From assembly GCA_951406725.2 (NCBI GenBank), contig OX597829.1, positions 51,894,001-51,958,000 on the forward strand: a DNA stretch of 64,000 nucleotides, given 5' to 3'. The DNA is from Octopus vulgaris (Eukaryota). The position numbers were made by a program, and so were the translations under genes. Each line of letters starts with the position of its first letter. Position 1 is the first letter of the stretch. Under the pieces are notes generated by a model, which saw only the letters and a list, made by a program, of their open reading frames with translations, was not told the DNA's origin and searched no databases. Shown here in pieces: positions 26,571-38,795 of this stretch.

Positions 26571-26958
26571 GTTAATCCAAACAAGAAAGCACAAAAAAAC
26601 ACAACAATGCGAGGACGTGGAACAAATATAGTATTATTGGACGCTCAGGAAAGGAGGGTTTAATGTTTCGAGCGGAGCTCTTCATCGGAAACATAGGAGA
26701 AGGGAAGACAGATGAAAAAAATCACCAACGGTACACACACGGTCACATGTTTGTGTGTCTGTGTTTGTCCCCCCCCCCCATCACTTGACAACAATGCTGG
26801 TGTGTTTATGTCCCCGTAACCTAGCGGTTCGGCAAAAGAGACCGATAGAATAAGTACTAGGCTTCCAAAGAATAGGTCCTGGGGTTGATTTGCTCGACTA
26901 AAGGCGGTTCTCCAGCATGGCCACAGTCAAATGACTGAAACAAGTAAGAGAGAAAGAG
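26341..26958 (+). mobile_element. SINE family A copy whose internal (TA)n tract holds a nested insertion (26571-26748)
   Basis: Head and tail match the family A consensus and are separated by ~180 bp of unrelated sequence. Confidence 0.8.
26658..26692 (-). ncRNA. Degenerate minimal type-I hammerhead ribozyme motif
   Basis: Minus strand GTTT-CCGATGA-A-GAGC-TCC-GCTC-GAAAC-ATT-AAAC; stems I and II intact; two substitutions (U4C, G16.2A). Confidence 0.55.
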
Positions 26959-27675
26959 AACTGGAAATATGCGTGTACCAAATCCAATTTAAACCACAGA
27001 TCCTTGGTGTGGCATAGGTATAAAAAGTAAATACTTAGGGCATTTAAAAGTTTACGAGAGCTGTTTCGGGAAACTCTTATTTTATTTAATGCCGTCATAA
27101 AGACTACATTTTTTGTAATCTTTTATGATTGCATTAAATAAATAAAACACTACTAAAACAGCTGTCATAAATTTTAAACACCATTTGTGTTTGTTTATTT
27201 TATATATAAAGTAAACAACTCCTATATTTATACTTCTACCTTTACAGTGCTTTATTTGACTGGAAAGTAATACTATTGTATTGCAATATTTAATGGTTTT
27301 TTCATTGAAAACTTTTTCACTGTTCTCAGTCCTGTTAACAGCCAGGCGTTCAGGCAAGTTTACTGGCACTGATGTAGCATCATTTGAAATTTTGTCTTGG
27401 TAAATCTAGCTGAGGAGGACTAACCAAATTTACGAGAACAAATGTATTCTGACAAGTCCGAAACCTAGGTACTAGATTAACCAATTCTTAGTTGTCCATT
27501 TATCTAACGTTCTTCCTATAGGTAAGACAAAATCCTTTACGTTCACTGCCCTCGCATATGTACAGTGAAGCTTTACTATAGCATCGCAAAATTATCAACT
27601 GCTATTTCAAGTAAACATTGGTGCCTTGTTGTACCACTACTCTATATTGATATATATATATATATATATATATAT

Positions 27676-27930
27676 AAGTAGTTGAATGAATTATCCTAGT
27701 ATGGATAATTCGGTTAACCGATACCCGGGTAGCAAATTCACGTCAGAAAACACGCTTGAAGCTACATGCCTAGGGCAGAAATCACGTGCTTTCGTGTGGA
27801 AATTTGTGTGTTTTTTTTACTATAAATAAATGAAAGAATGGAGTTGAACGACGATTTAACAAAATTCCTTTATTCTCAGAGAATAAAGGAATTTTGTTAA
27901 ATCGTCGTTCAACTCCATTCTTTCATTTAT
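27676..27930. repeat. (TA)n-embedded element ending in a perfect 52-bp-arm palindrome
   Basis: Arms 27826-27877 and 27879-27930 with a 1-nt spacer; diverged relative at 28981-29190. Confidence 0.8.
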
Positions 27931-28160
27931 ATATATATATATATTTGTAAATACATACATTCATACATACACCTGATATCTCCCCTCCATTCGCATGCAC
28001 ACATGTATATCATGACTCATACACTGTTCACTTTCCTGACTTTTGTACATAATTCTACGTACTGTACATGCACCTCTGATGAGTTATAGTGCAACTGAGC
28101 ACTATACACTATAATTTCATTATTATTATTATTATTATTATTACACACACACACACATAT

Positions 28161-28933
28161 ATCATCATCATCATCATCGTTTAGTGTCCGCTTTCCATGC
28201 TGGCATGGGTTGGATGGTTCAACCGGGGTCTGGCAAACCAGAAGGCTGCACCAGGGTCCCATCTGATCTGACAATGTTCCTACAGCTGGATGCCCTTCCT
28301 AACGCCAACCACTCCGTGAGTGTAGTGGGTGCTTTTTATGTGCAAACGGCCACGGTCAGATGGTGCTTTTTACGTGCCACCGGCACGGAAGCCAGTCGGG
28401 GCGGCACTGGCTATGGCCACATTCGGATGGTTCTCTTATGTGCCACCTGCACTGGTATCACAGCTACAATTTCCATTCATGTTGATTGATTTTGATTTTT
28501 GATTTTTTGATTTTTTGGTTTTCACTTGCCTCAACAGGTCTTCACAAGTAGGGTTTTGTGTCCCAAGAAGGAAAGGTATGCATAAGTGGACTGAGGCCAT
28601 GGGTGATGGTCTCACTTGTCCTGCCGGGTCTTCTCACGCACAGCATACTTCCAAAGGTCTCGGTCTCTAATCATTTCCTCGGTGAGACCTAAAGTTCAAA
28701 GGTCGTGCTTCACCACCTCATCCCAGGTTTTCCTGGGTCTGCCTCTTCCACAGGTTCCCTCAACAGCTAGGGTGTGGCACTTTTTCACACAACTATCTTC
28801 ATCCATTCTCGCCACATGGCCATACCAGCTCAAACGTCTCTCTTGCACACCACAACTGATGCTTCTTAGGTCCAACTTCTCTCTCAAGGTACTTACACTC
28901 TGTCGAGTATGAATACTGACATTACACATCCAA
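28161..28933 (-). mobile_element. 5'-truncated RTE LINE (ORF C-terminus, 3' UTR and tail)
   Basis: WMCNVS...RRLSWYGHVARM...GRGRPRKTW; (CAT)n tail. Confidence 0.9.
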
Positions 28934-29256
28934 TAAATATATATATATATATATGCATACATATTGATATTTATATATATATAAATGGATGAATGAATTA
29001 TCCTTTGTTTACTGTTAACATGGAAAATTCAATAAATAGTTACCACGGTAGCAAAATTCACACAAGTAACAAGGAGGTAGCGGCCTATTCAAAGGTAGAA
29101 ACTCCGGGTTAATATGCAGTAATTTGTATAGTATAAGTAAATAAATGGAGTTGAATGTAGATGCTATTCAAATTCTTTTATTTACTTATATAAATATATA
29201 TATATATATAATGGATAATAAAATGATATATTCCAATTTTTGTCCTCATTTATATA

Positions 29257-31885
29257 TCATCATCATCATCACCATCATATAACGTCCGTTTTCCATACTG
29301 GCATGGGTTGGACGATTTGACTGAGGACTGACGATCCAGATGGCTGCACAAGACTCCAATCTGATCTGGCAGAGTTTCTACAGCTGGATACCCTTCCTAA
29401 TGCCAATCACTTTACAGAGTGTACTGGGTACTTTTACGCACAAGGGCCAGTCAGGCGGTACTGCCAACAGCCACGCTGAAATGGTGCTTTTTATGTGCCA
29501 CCTGCACAGGAGCCAGCGGCACTGACAACGACCTCGCTCGAATGTTTTTTCACATGCCACCAGCACAAGTGCCAGTAAGGCGATGCTGGTAACGATCAAG
29601 CTCGAATGGTGTTTTTTATATGCCGTCGGTATGGAGGCCAGCTTGTTATTCTGGCAAAGATCTCACTCGTATGGTACTCTTAGCGCTCCACTAGCATGGA
29701 TGCCAGTCATTGAATTTGATTTTAATTTCGATTTCACTTGCCTCAACAGGTCTTTGCAAGCAGAGTTTAATGTCCAATGAAGGAAAGGTACGCATAAGTG
29801 GACTGGTTGCATCCATGCCATAGGCCACAAGGTTATGGTCTCACTTGCGCTTGCCGAGTCTTCTTAAGCACAGCATATTTCCAAAGATCCCAGTCACTAG
29901 TCATTGCCTCAGTGAGGCCCAATGTTCGAAGGTCATGCTTCACCACCTCATCCCAGGTCTTCCTGTGTCTACCTCTTCCACAGGTTCCCTCAACTGCTAA
30001 GGTGTGGCACTTTTTCACACATGCTATCCTCATCCATTCTCGCCACATGACCATACCAGCGCAGTCGTCTCTCTTGCACACCACATCTGATGCTTCTTAG
30101 GTCCAACTTTTCTCTCAAGGCACTAACACACTGTCGAGTATGAACACTGACATTACACATCCACCAGATCATACTGGCTTCATTCCTTGTGCGCTTATGC
30201 ATATCCTCAGCAGTCACGGCCCATGCTTCACTGCCATGTAGCATAGCTGTTCGTACTCATGTGTCATACAGTCTACCTTTTACTCTGAGCAAGAGGCCTT
30301 TTGTCACCAGCAGAGGTAGGAGCTCTCTGAACTTAGCCAAGGCTATTCTTATTCTAGCAGCTACACTTTCAGTGCACCCACCTCCACTACTGACTTGGTC
30401 ACCTAGGTAATGGAAGCTATCAACTACTTCTAGTTTTTCTCCCTGGAATGTGGCGGAAGTTGTTCTCTGCACATTTTCAGTGTTGTTTATTGCTCCCGAG
30501 CATCTGCCACATACAAAAACTATCCTCACAGTTATCCTTCCTTTGATATTGCTGCACCTCTTATGTGTCCATAGCTTACACTGGGTACATCATATAGAGT
30601 TTCTACCTACGCCTTTTCTACAGATTGAGCAGAGCTATCTACCTGAAGGGATTTGTGGTTTGCCTGCCTTCCTACTTGGTCTTAGTTAGGTTGATTCTAA
30701 GACCCTTCAATTCTAATCCTTGTTTCCACACTTGAAACTTCTCCTCTAGTTCTGATAGTGACTCAGCAAGTAGAGCAATGTCATCAGTATAGAGGAGCTC
30801 CCAGGGGCATCTTGTCTTGAATTCTTCCGATATTGCCTGGAGGACTATGATATATAGGAGGGGGTTGAGGACTGAACCTTGGTGGACCCTTACCTCTACT
30901 CTGAATTCTTCACTGTACTTGTTGCCAACCCTCACCTTACTGACAGCATCCCTGTACATGGCTTGCACAGGTCTCACTAACCATTCATCTATCCCTAGTT
31001 TTCTCATTGACCACCAGATAAGGGATTGGGGGACCCTGTCAAAGGCTTTCTCCATCTCAACGAAAGCCAGGTACAGGGGCTTATCTTTGGTTAGGTATTT
31101 CTCCTGCAGCTGTCTTAACAGAAATATAGCATCAGTGGTGCTTTTCCCTGGCATGAACCCAAACTGCATCTCATCCAAGCTGACTCTCTCCCTAATCAGT
31201 TGGGCTATGACCTTCTCCATAACCTTCATTACCTGATCCAACAGTTTGATACCTCTGTAATCATTTGATCCTAAAGCGTCACCTTTACCTTTGTAGCAGT
31301 TGACTATTATGCTGCTACACCAGTTTTTGGGTATGACTCCTTTGTGTATCACCTTGTTAACTATACGGGTGACTAGGCTATAGCCGACACTGCCAGATAT
31401 CTTGAGCATCTCTGCAGTAATTCTGCAGCCTTTCCCTGTCTTCATACTTTTAATTGCTTTATCTATCAAGGTACTGTCAACTCGGATAGCTGGTCCCTCG
31501 GTTGGGTCAACATTTGGCAGACTCTCTTTCTCCCATTCATTTTCTTTATTGAGCAACCTTTAATAGTGGCGTCTCCAAACCTCTCTCTTTGCAGCCTCGT
31601 TTAGTGCAAGTGAACCATCATCCATGCAGACATATTTCTCTCCTACAACATCATAATTCTCTCTCACACGCTGTCTTGCAACACGAAGTACCTCAAGTCT
31701 TTGGACCTCACGGCACAGAACATTGGCAATTTTTTTCTTATCTGCTTCCACTCTGGCTATATAAACCTGTCTCCTAGCTTCTCTTCTGACAGTCTGATAC
31801 AATTCCATGCTATCACCATTCTTCGAGTCCCTCCAAGCCTGTTTCTTTTCTCTAATAGCCCTGTCTACAACATTGTTCCACCAGA
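29257..31885 (-). mobile_element. RTE-clade LINE, 5'-truncated and decayed, with RT domain and PHD-like finger
   Basis: 294-aa ORF with YRGIKLL, QFGFMPGKSTTDAIF, EKAFDRVP, HQGSVL, LLYTDD; C-terminal LRWYGHV..GRGR; frameshifts and stops; (CAT)n tail. Confidence 0.95.
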
Positions 31886-31892
31886 GGACAGC

Positions 31893-32445
31893 TGTGTGTA
31901 AAAGTGTCACACCCTAGCAGTTGAGGGAACCTTTGGAAGAGGTAGACCGGGAAAACCTGGGATGAGGTGGTGAAGCACGACCATCAAGCATTGGGCCTTA
32001 CTGAGGCAATGACTAGTGACCAAGACCTTTGGAGATATGCTGTGCTTGAGAAGACCCGACAAGCCAAGTGAGACCATTGCCAGTGGGTGTAACCAGTCCA
32101 CTTATGAGTATCCTTCATTCATTGGACAATAAACTTTGCTTGTGAAGACCTATTGAGGCAAGTGAAATCAAATCAAAAGTGCTGACATGGCCAATGACAG
32201 TACCGCCTGATTGACACTTGTACAAGTGGAACATTAAAAACACATCCAAACGTGGGATGTAACCAGCCCATTTATGAATACCCCTCATTCATTGAACAAT
32301 AAACTTTGCTTGCGGAAACCTATTGAGGCAAGTATAAACAAAACAAAAATTGCTGATGTGGCCAATGACAGTACCGCCTGATTGGCACTCGTGCTAGTGG
32401 AATGTTAAAAGCACATCCAAGCATGATCCTTGCCAGGGCCATGGA
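31893..32445 (+). mobile_element. RTE 3' fragment in opposite orientation, abutting the 5' end of the long RTE
   Basis: Reverse complement of roughly 29700-30020, with a local duplication of part of the UTR. Confidence 0.8.
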
Positions 32446-32595
32446 TACACATGGACCCGGTTTGAAGATGCAAATACTGATAGGGCACAGAAAGTGTGTC
32501 AATAGCCAGCTGGAGGAAGTGTCCTCCTGGGGCTACAAGCTACAGTAGCTTCCACCCTCAAGGGTTAGCCACATTTAAATGGCAAATATACTTCA

Positions 32596-32636
<41 letters not shown>

Positions 32637-33147
32637 CTGATTTGATATATATGTGTATATACACACACACACACATATATACGACAGGCCTCTTTTCAGT
32701 TTCCGCCTACCAAATCCACTCACAAGGCTTTGGTCAGCCCGAGGCTGTAGTAGAAGACACTTGCCCAAGGTGCCACGCAGTATGTACATCATCATCATCA
32801 GCAGCATCATTTAATGTCCATTTTCCATGCTGGCATGAGTTGCACAGTGTTCAAGCCCTGCTGTCTACGTTGGTATGTTGTTGCGAGTTTAAATTCCTGT
32901 AAAATTCCATTCTGTTTTCTTCACATCTCCGACCTCACTCACAGTGAGTAAGCGTAACGGTTATTTTCGCACGGTTTAGGGGAGGTAACTCCTGCATAAT
33001 CAAACAGTTTGTCACACTAAGGCGAACCGATGTTGAGATAATGATGTTGATGAAGATGTTGCTGCTGCTGAGGAGGAGGAGGAGGAGGAGGACTATCGCG
33101 ATTTTTTTTTTATTAACCACAAAGGATTTACATCACGAAAAATATTA

Positions 33148-33290
33148 TGTCAAACGGTAACGCAGGTGTCCCAAGGCGAGCTCAGCGTGGACGGAAACCA
33201 CACGTCGAGCAAAGGGCAAAAGCTCGCTCGATCTCGATTTTCAGTACGAATACGGACCGCAAAAGCGTGGCCCATCGATCCTTTCCGAAT
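33148..33290 (+). pseudogene. 28S rRNA fragment (domain V region) with a target-site duplication
   Basis: TGTCAAACGGTAACGCAGGTGTCC-AAGGCGAGCTCAG...GGGCAAAAGCTCGCT-GATCT-GATTTTCAGTACGAATAC matches the conserved eukaryotic LSU core; AAATATTATG at 33140-33149 and 33300-33309. Confidence 0.92.
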
Positions 33291-33649
33291 TACAGCGGGA
33301 AATATTATGGACGGAGAAAATATTGAATATGCGTGAGTAATTGTTTGTGTGTGTTGTGAGGGTTTTACATGTAAACAGGTTTAACGTAAAAAAAAAGAAG
33401 CATTTTAACAACGTGGAATCCTCAATAGGGAGAAGACGTTTGACCGCTGCTCATAGAAAAAAAAACCCTATGAAACCAATGAAAGTCCTTACTTCTGGAG
33501 CAGGTGCCTTTTTTCTGTTCCTCATCACCGATTACAGGTGTATGCTCAGGACAGACACTTTCACTCATACCATTCTCGCCACTTTCATCCACCCTTCATC
33601 AAACTGGCTTAAAACACAACACTTCTCTCTCCATCCTTATTTTCCTTTC

Positions 33650-34420
33650 CGAGTGAAACTTGAAGAAGTTGATCAGAAATTGGCTAAAGATGAAAGTGTT
33701 TGCCTTCATCACCTTCAATCTTGTTCACCATTCAACCTCTTGCGCCATGGCCATTAGGTGTATAAATGCTGCCTGCCCTTCCTGGTTAAAAGAAGGCGGT
33801 GGGGTGCGATTTCCTGATGGATTCATTTGATAACTGGATTCGTCCCACATCCAACAGCAAGTGTTCAACATAAGCTCACAGGTCAGCAGTGCTCGGGCAC
33901 TGGAAAAGTGCGCACAAGATGGTTTCATTGCCCTGTCCATATCTTGTACATTCTTGGCTGATGGCACTTCCATGCCTGTAGAGTTTATCTCAAACAGGCA
34001 AAGTTCCCCAGTGGCATTGCCAGGCCAGGGACTTCTAGAAGTTATCTATCAGTCCCAGGTTGAAAGTTTTTTGGAAGAGAATGGTCAGCTGATTGTCTTT
34101 GATGCCCAAGGTCTCCTCAAGATCATTGCCACACTTTACCACTATAGCAGCACAAGCAGCCAGCACCATATTGGATGAGATCTTACAGCAGCTATTGCCA
34201 TCTCTGAGACTGAAGCGAGACCTCACCTGCATCCATTTGCTGTGGTGGAAACTATATAAACGGGAAACCGATTCAGACCTGTCTCTTTTGACGCCACCTT
34301 CACAGCAGCACTGGCTGAACACCACCACTGTCTATCTCCAGAGGTAATGCGCCCACAATATCGGAGCTTAAGATGGTAGCTGAGAGCAGCACACTTCACC
34401 TTTCCTGTAAATAAACCAGC
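33650..34420 (-). mobile_element. Decayed L1/Tx1-clade ORF2 C-terminal region
   Basis: Minus strand reads SLAWQCHWGTLPV*DKLYRHG...ECTRYGQGNETILCALFQCP, a degenerate zf-RVT knuckle with stops. Confidence 0.6.
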
Positions 34421-34432
34421 TATAAATAGCAG

Positions 34433-34548
34433 TTGTACCTGGCTTTCGTTGACATGGAGAAAGCCTTTGACAGGGTCCCCCAATCTCTTATCTGGTGGTC
34501 AACGAGAAAACTAGGGATAGATGAATGGTTAGTGAGACCTGTGCAAGT
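34433..34548 (+). mobile_element. Isolated internal RTE RT fragment
   Basis: LYLAFVDMEKAFDRVPQSLIWW; near-identical reverse complement of 30961-31076. Confidence 0.85.
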
Positions 34549-35611
34549 CTTTTCTCTTCGCCTGTCAGAAGCCTGAACTAGGTAAAGAACAAGAAGATGA
34601 TGGAAGGAATGGTCAGCTGATTGTCTTTGATGCCCAAGGTCTCCTCATCGTAAACCTTGCCTTCCATTATTAAACCACCATTAATCCTCTATAGAGCACT
34701 AAAGTGGACTCTCAACCTGTTGCAGTGTCTGACTGGCTGAGGGTTATGTTTGCTTGAAGATATTCCACTTACCAAATGCCTTCTCTCAGTCTCTGCTTGA
34801 TCTAGGGCTGCAACTCTGCTAAGGAGGCCAGCTGAATTTATTGTATGCAGTGCTCGGGTGTACTCCGACTTGTCGTAAAAGAGAAAAGAGGGTATAGAAA
34901 ACCGTTGAGTTAAAGAAAGACAACAATGATAGCATGCATACTACACAGATACAGCATCTATGTTTAAAAAATGTGAACAGCAACTCATGAGGAGGAACAG
35001 CTGCATAGGGACATCAGGGATTCATCCACATGGATCGCTGTCCACATTTTGGTGAATTTTGAGAAGCATCGAACTTTTGAAAGATAATGTGACCTGATAG
35101 TTAACAACTGATGTTGGTAGTTTATTATGTATTTTGACAATTCCAACAATTCTAAGGTAATTTTTCTAATGTTGACAACTAAATTTTTATAGAAATTTAC
35201 TATTTGTAAATCTCACAATGAGAGATATTCAGCAACAGTACTTTGGAGTACTGTTGAAGAGAAATAACCCGGAAATCGTGATACACAGATATTGTTTTGA
35301 GCTGAGTGGCGGTGTGCTAGATTCCCTTGTTTGAAAATATAAGGACACAGATCATGTCATATAAGCCAGCTGGAGACGATGTCTCCTGGGACTAAATTAC
35401 AGCAACATTCGTCCTAAACCAGGACTGCCATGTTATGTTGACAAATAATATTTACTCCTAAATTGTTTTAGTTTAGGTTTGTGTCAATCTTAACCAGAAG
35501 AGGTCTAATCGTGAATACCCATAATTAGGCAGGGTACTCATGATTGGACTTCTAATGATTCTCAACCAGGGTGTACATGATACCTGAGGGATCCATGTAA
35601 GCAAAATAGTA

Positions 35612-35612
35612 A

Positions 35613-35684
<72 letters not shown>
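35612..35684. repeat. (ATT)n microsatellite
   Basis: Uninterrupted trinucleotide run. Confidence 0.95.
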
Positions 35685-35686
<2 letters not shown>

Positions 35687-37415
35687 ATTTCTTGTAATAT
35701 TGATTTCTAACATTTTGTAAAGAGCAAACATGTTGCCAGTAGAACACATGAATCCCTGTATGTGGGTGAGAGGTGATTCATGTTCCTGAAGCACACAGAA
35801 GATAGATTAAAATACAACTCCTATAAATAGAAAGCTTTGAGTTAACCCATATATGCCCATAAAAAAATGAAGTCTTAAAATTTCACTTTATTTAGATTAA
35901 ACATTATGGTAAGCTTTCACAGTCTGGAAGAGAAGGACTGTATGCAACTGTTAGCTACAGGTGTTGACTACCAACTGAACATTTCGTATGCCCAGTCAGG
36001 TGGTTCCTGGTGAGTTCATGTCCAAACAAGTAGGAGCAGGTTTTGCGTTGTAAAAACACCGCCTTAAGAATGCTAGGTCCAAGTTTGAGCATATGCTCCA
36101 GCATGGCCTTATTCACCCCTCCACCAGCTCTTGGGCATTTCCCCTTCATTTGGCATGGAAAGGCGATTTTAATTTTCGCCCGGTGGGGGATTACAGACGT
36201 TTGAATACGGTCACTGTTCCTGATCGCTATCCCATAAGAAATCTCCAGGACTTCTTTAATTTACATGGTTGTACTATTTTTTCTAAGGTCGACCTTGTTC
36301 ATTCCTATCATCAAATACCGGTCACTCCTGATGACGTACCAAAGACTGCCATCACTACTCCTTTTGGCAGCTTAGAGTTTCTTTTTTATGAGTTTCAGTC
36401 TGTGGAACGCCATGAGCACGTTCCAAAGATTTATCGACGAAGTTGTCCGTGGACTTGATTTTGTGTTCACTTACGCTATGACATACTCATTGCAAGCGTG
36501 AGAATCACCTCCAACACTTAAATCAACTCTTTCAGCGTCTTCAGGCCTACAATGTGCGAATCAACCCCGATAAGTGTGTTTTCGGGCAGTCCTCTCTGGA
36601 ATTTCTGGGGCATTATATCGACTCAAATGAGATCAGACCCCTCTCTTCCAAAGTCGATGCAATTCAGCGCATCGCACCCCCTCCACTTCACTACGCCAAC
36701 TCCGCCACTTTTGGGGGAGTTGTCAACTTCTACGGACGCTTCATTCGTAATTGTGCAGACAAGTTACTTCCCTTGACTCAGCTATTGAAAGCAAATACAA
36801 AAAAGGATTCTCCTATTACTTTATCTGCTTTTGAGTCAATCAAGAAGGAAATACCTTCTGTCCCTTTGCTTGCACATCTGGTTCCCGATGCTCCTCTCTT
36901 TTTAACTATCGATGCATCAGATTCTGTGGTTGGCGCTGTTTTGCAGCACACTGTGAACAATCAGACTAAACCTTTGGCATTTTTTGCTCCTCAATTAAAG
37001 CCAGCTGAATGTCGGTACAGTACCTTTAATCACGAGCTCTTAGCGATCTACCTGTCAGTTCGTCATTTTCAACATCAACTCGACGCCTGAGATTTTGTGA
37101 TTTATACTGATCACAAGCCTCTGATGTTTGCTCTGTCATCTAAATCAGACAAACACTCGCCTCGTGCTTTTCTTCACCTGGACTACATTTCCCAGTTCAC
37201 GAGTAACATTCGGCACATACCCGGAACAGAGAACGTGCCTGCTGACGCACACTCTCGTCTTCCTGTGTGTTCCCTTTCATCTCCTGCTGCAATCGATTTA
37301 ACTGCCATTGAGCAGGATCAGTCAACTCTGGACACTTTGGATTTAGCTTCTGCCAAGTTGTCCTGTTGCAAGTTTGCCTATCTCCCACTACCGACTGCTG
37401 AAGGCACCATCCTTT

Positions 37416-37938
37416 AATAATAATAATAATGAAATAATAATAATGATGATGATGATGAAAATAATAATAATAATAATGAAATTATTGTATACAGTGCTCA
37501 GGTGCACCACAACTTGTCAAAAAGTGCATATAAAGTATATGCAGTAACGTACAAATGTCTGGAAAGCGAACAGTGTATGGGTCAGATGCATGCTTGCGTA
37601 TGTATGGAGGGGAGAAAATCAGGTGTAGTGTTGGCGAATCTCAGAAAGCATGGAAGTTTTGAAGGATGCAGTGCTCCGACAACTAACAACTGATGCCGGC
37701 AGTTTGTTCCATGCTTCAGCAACTCTTAGCGTGAAGAAATGTTTCCAAAAGTCATGGGAGCTGTGCTGTTTTCTGACTTTGTAAACATCTCCACGATCAG
37801 ATCCCTGTTGTACACCAGATGTCATCTCATAAGGTGAAGAGTGCTGTCCTAGAACTGTGATAACCTCTTTTCGGCCGATAATAAAGGCTTTCAACCAGTT
37901 ATAGAGATCGTCTCTTACACCCATTGCAGGGAGTTTCG
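37416..37938 (-). mobile_element. Internally deleted CR1-group LINE inserted into Gypsy pol
   Basis: (AAT)n tail; CTTT duplicated at 37412-37415 and 37939-37942; removing it restores EGTIL-CDTATG; same 3' end at 51300-51617 and 27978-28143. Confidence 0.85.
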
Positions 37939-38565
37939 CTTTGTGACACAGCTACTGGTTCTCCCAGACCATTTGTACCTGAGAACCACCAGCGTTCCGT
38001 TTTTGATGCCTTGCATTCACTGTCACATCCTGGCGTCGCTGCCTCAGTGAAGCTTGTTACGGTTCGGTTTTTCTGGCCTAATATTCGCCAGATGATCACC
38101 GATTGGGCACGCTCTTGTGTAAAGTGCCAGTGTTCTAAAATCCACAGGCATATTCGCGCTCCTCTTGGATAGTTTTCTCCTCCAAAGACTCACTTTCGCC
38201 ATGTCCACATTGATCTGGTTGGACCATGGCCTGTCAGTCGCAGTTTCTCTTACATATTGACATGCGTCGATCATTTCTCTCATTGGCCAGAGGCCATTCC
38301 AATAGTGGACATTTCCGCTGAGTCAGTTGCTCGAGCTTTCGTTTCTAACTGGATTGCTCTCTTTGGTGTCCCAGCTAAAATAACCACTGAATGTAGGCGC
38401 CAGTTCGAGGCTTCCCTATTTCGTGAATTATCACGAATCCTAGGAGTTCATCACATTCGTATGACCAGTTACCACCCAGCCTCCAACGGGATGGTCGAAC
38501 GTTTTCACAGACAACTGAAGGCTGCCCTACGCACCACTTCTGACCCGCAGTCTTGGACAGAATTT

Positions 38566-38795
38566 GTTATTTCTTTATTGCCCACAAGGGGCTAAACATA
38601 GAGGGGACAAACAAGGACAGACAAAGGGATTAAGTTGATTACATCGACCCCAGTGCACAACTGGTACTTAATTTATCGACCCCGAAAGGATGAAAGGCAA
38701 AGTCAACCTCGGCGGAATTTGAACTCAGAACGTAGTAGCAGACGAAATACCACTAAGCATTTCGCCCGGCGTGCTAATGTTTCTGCCAGCTCGCC
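38566..38795 (-). mobile_element. SINE family B inserted in the Gypsy integrase with a 16-bp TSD
   Basis: GTCTTGGACAGAATTT at 38550-38565 and 38796-38811. Confidence 0.92.

Noticed and set aside
33148-33290. Functional rRNA gene
   Set aside because: Only ~140 nt long, with no flanking rDNA, and bounded by a direct repeat.
35562-35747. Poly-Asn ORF
   Set aside because: Translation of an (ATT)n microsatellite.
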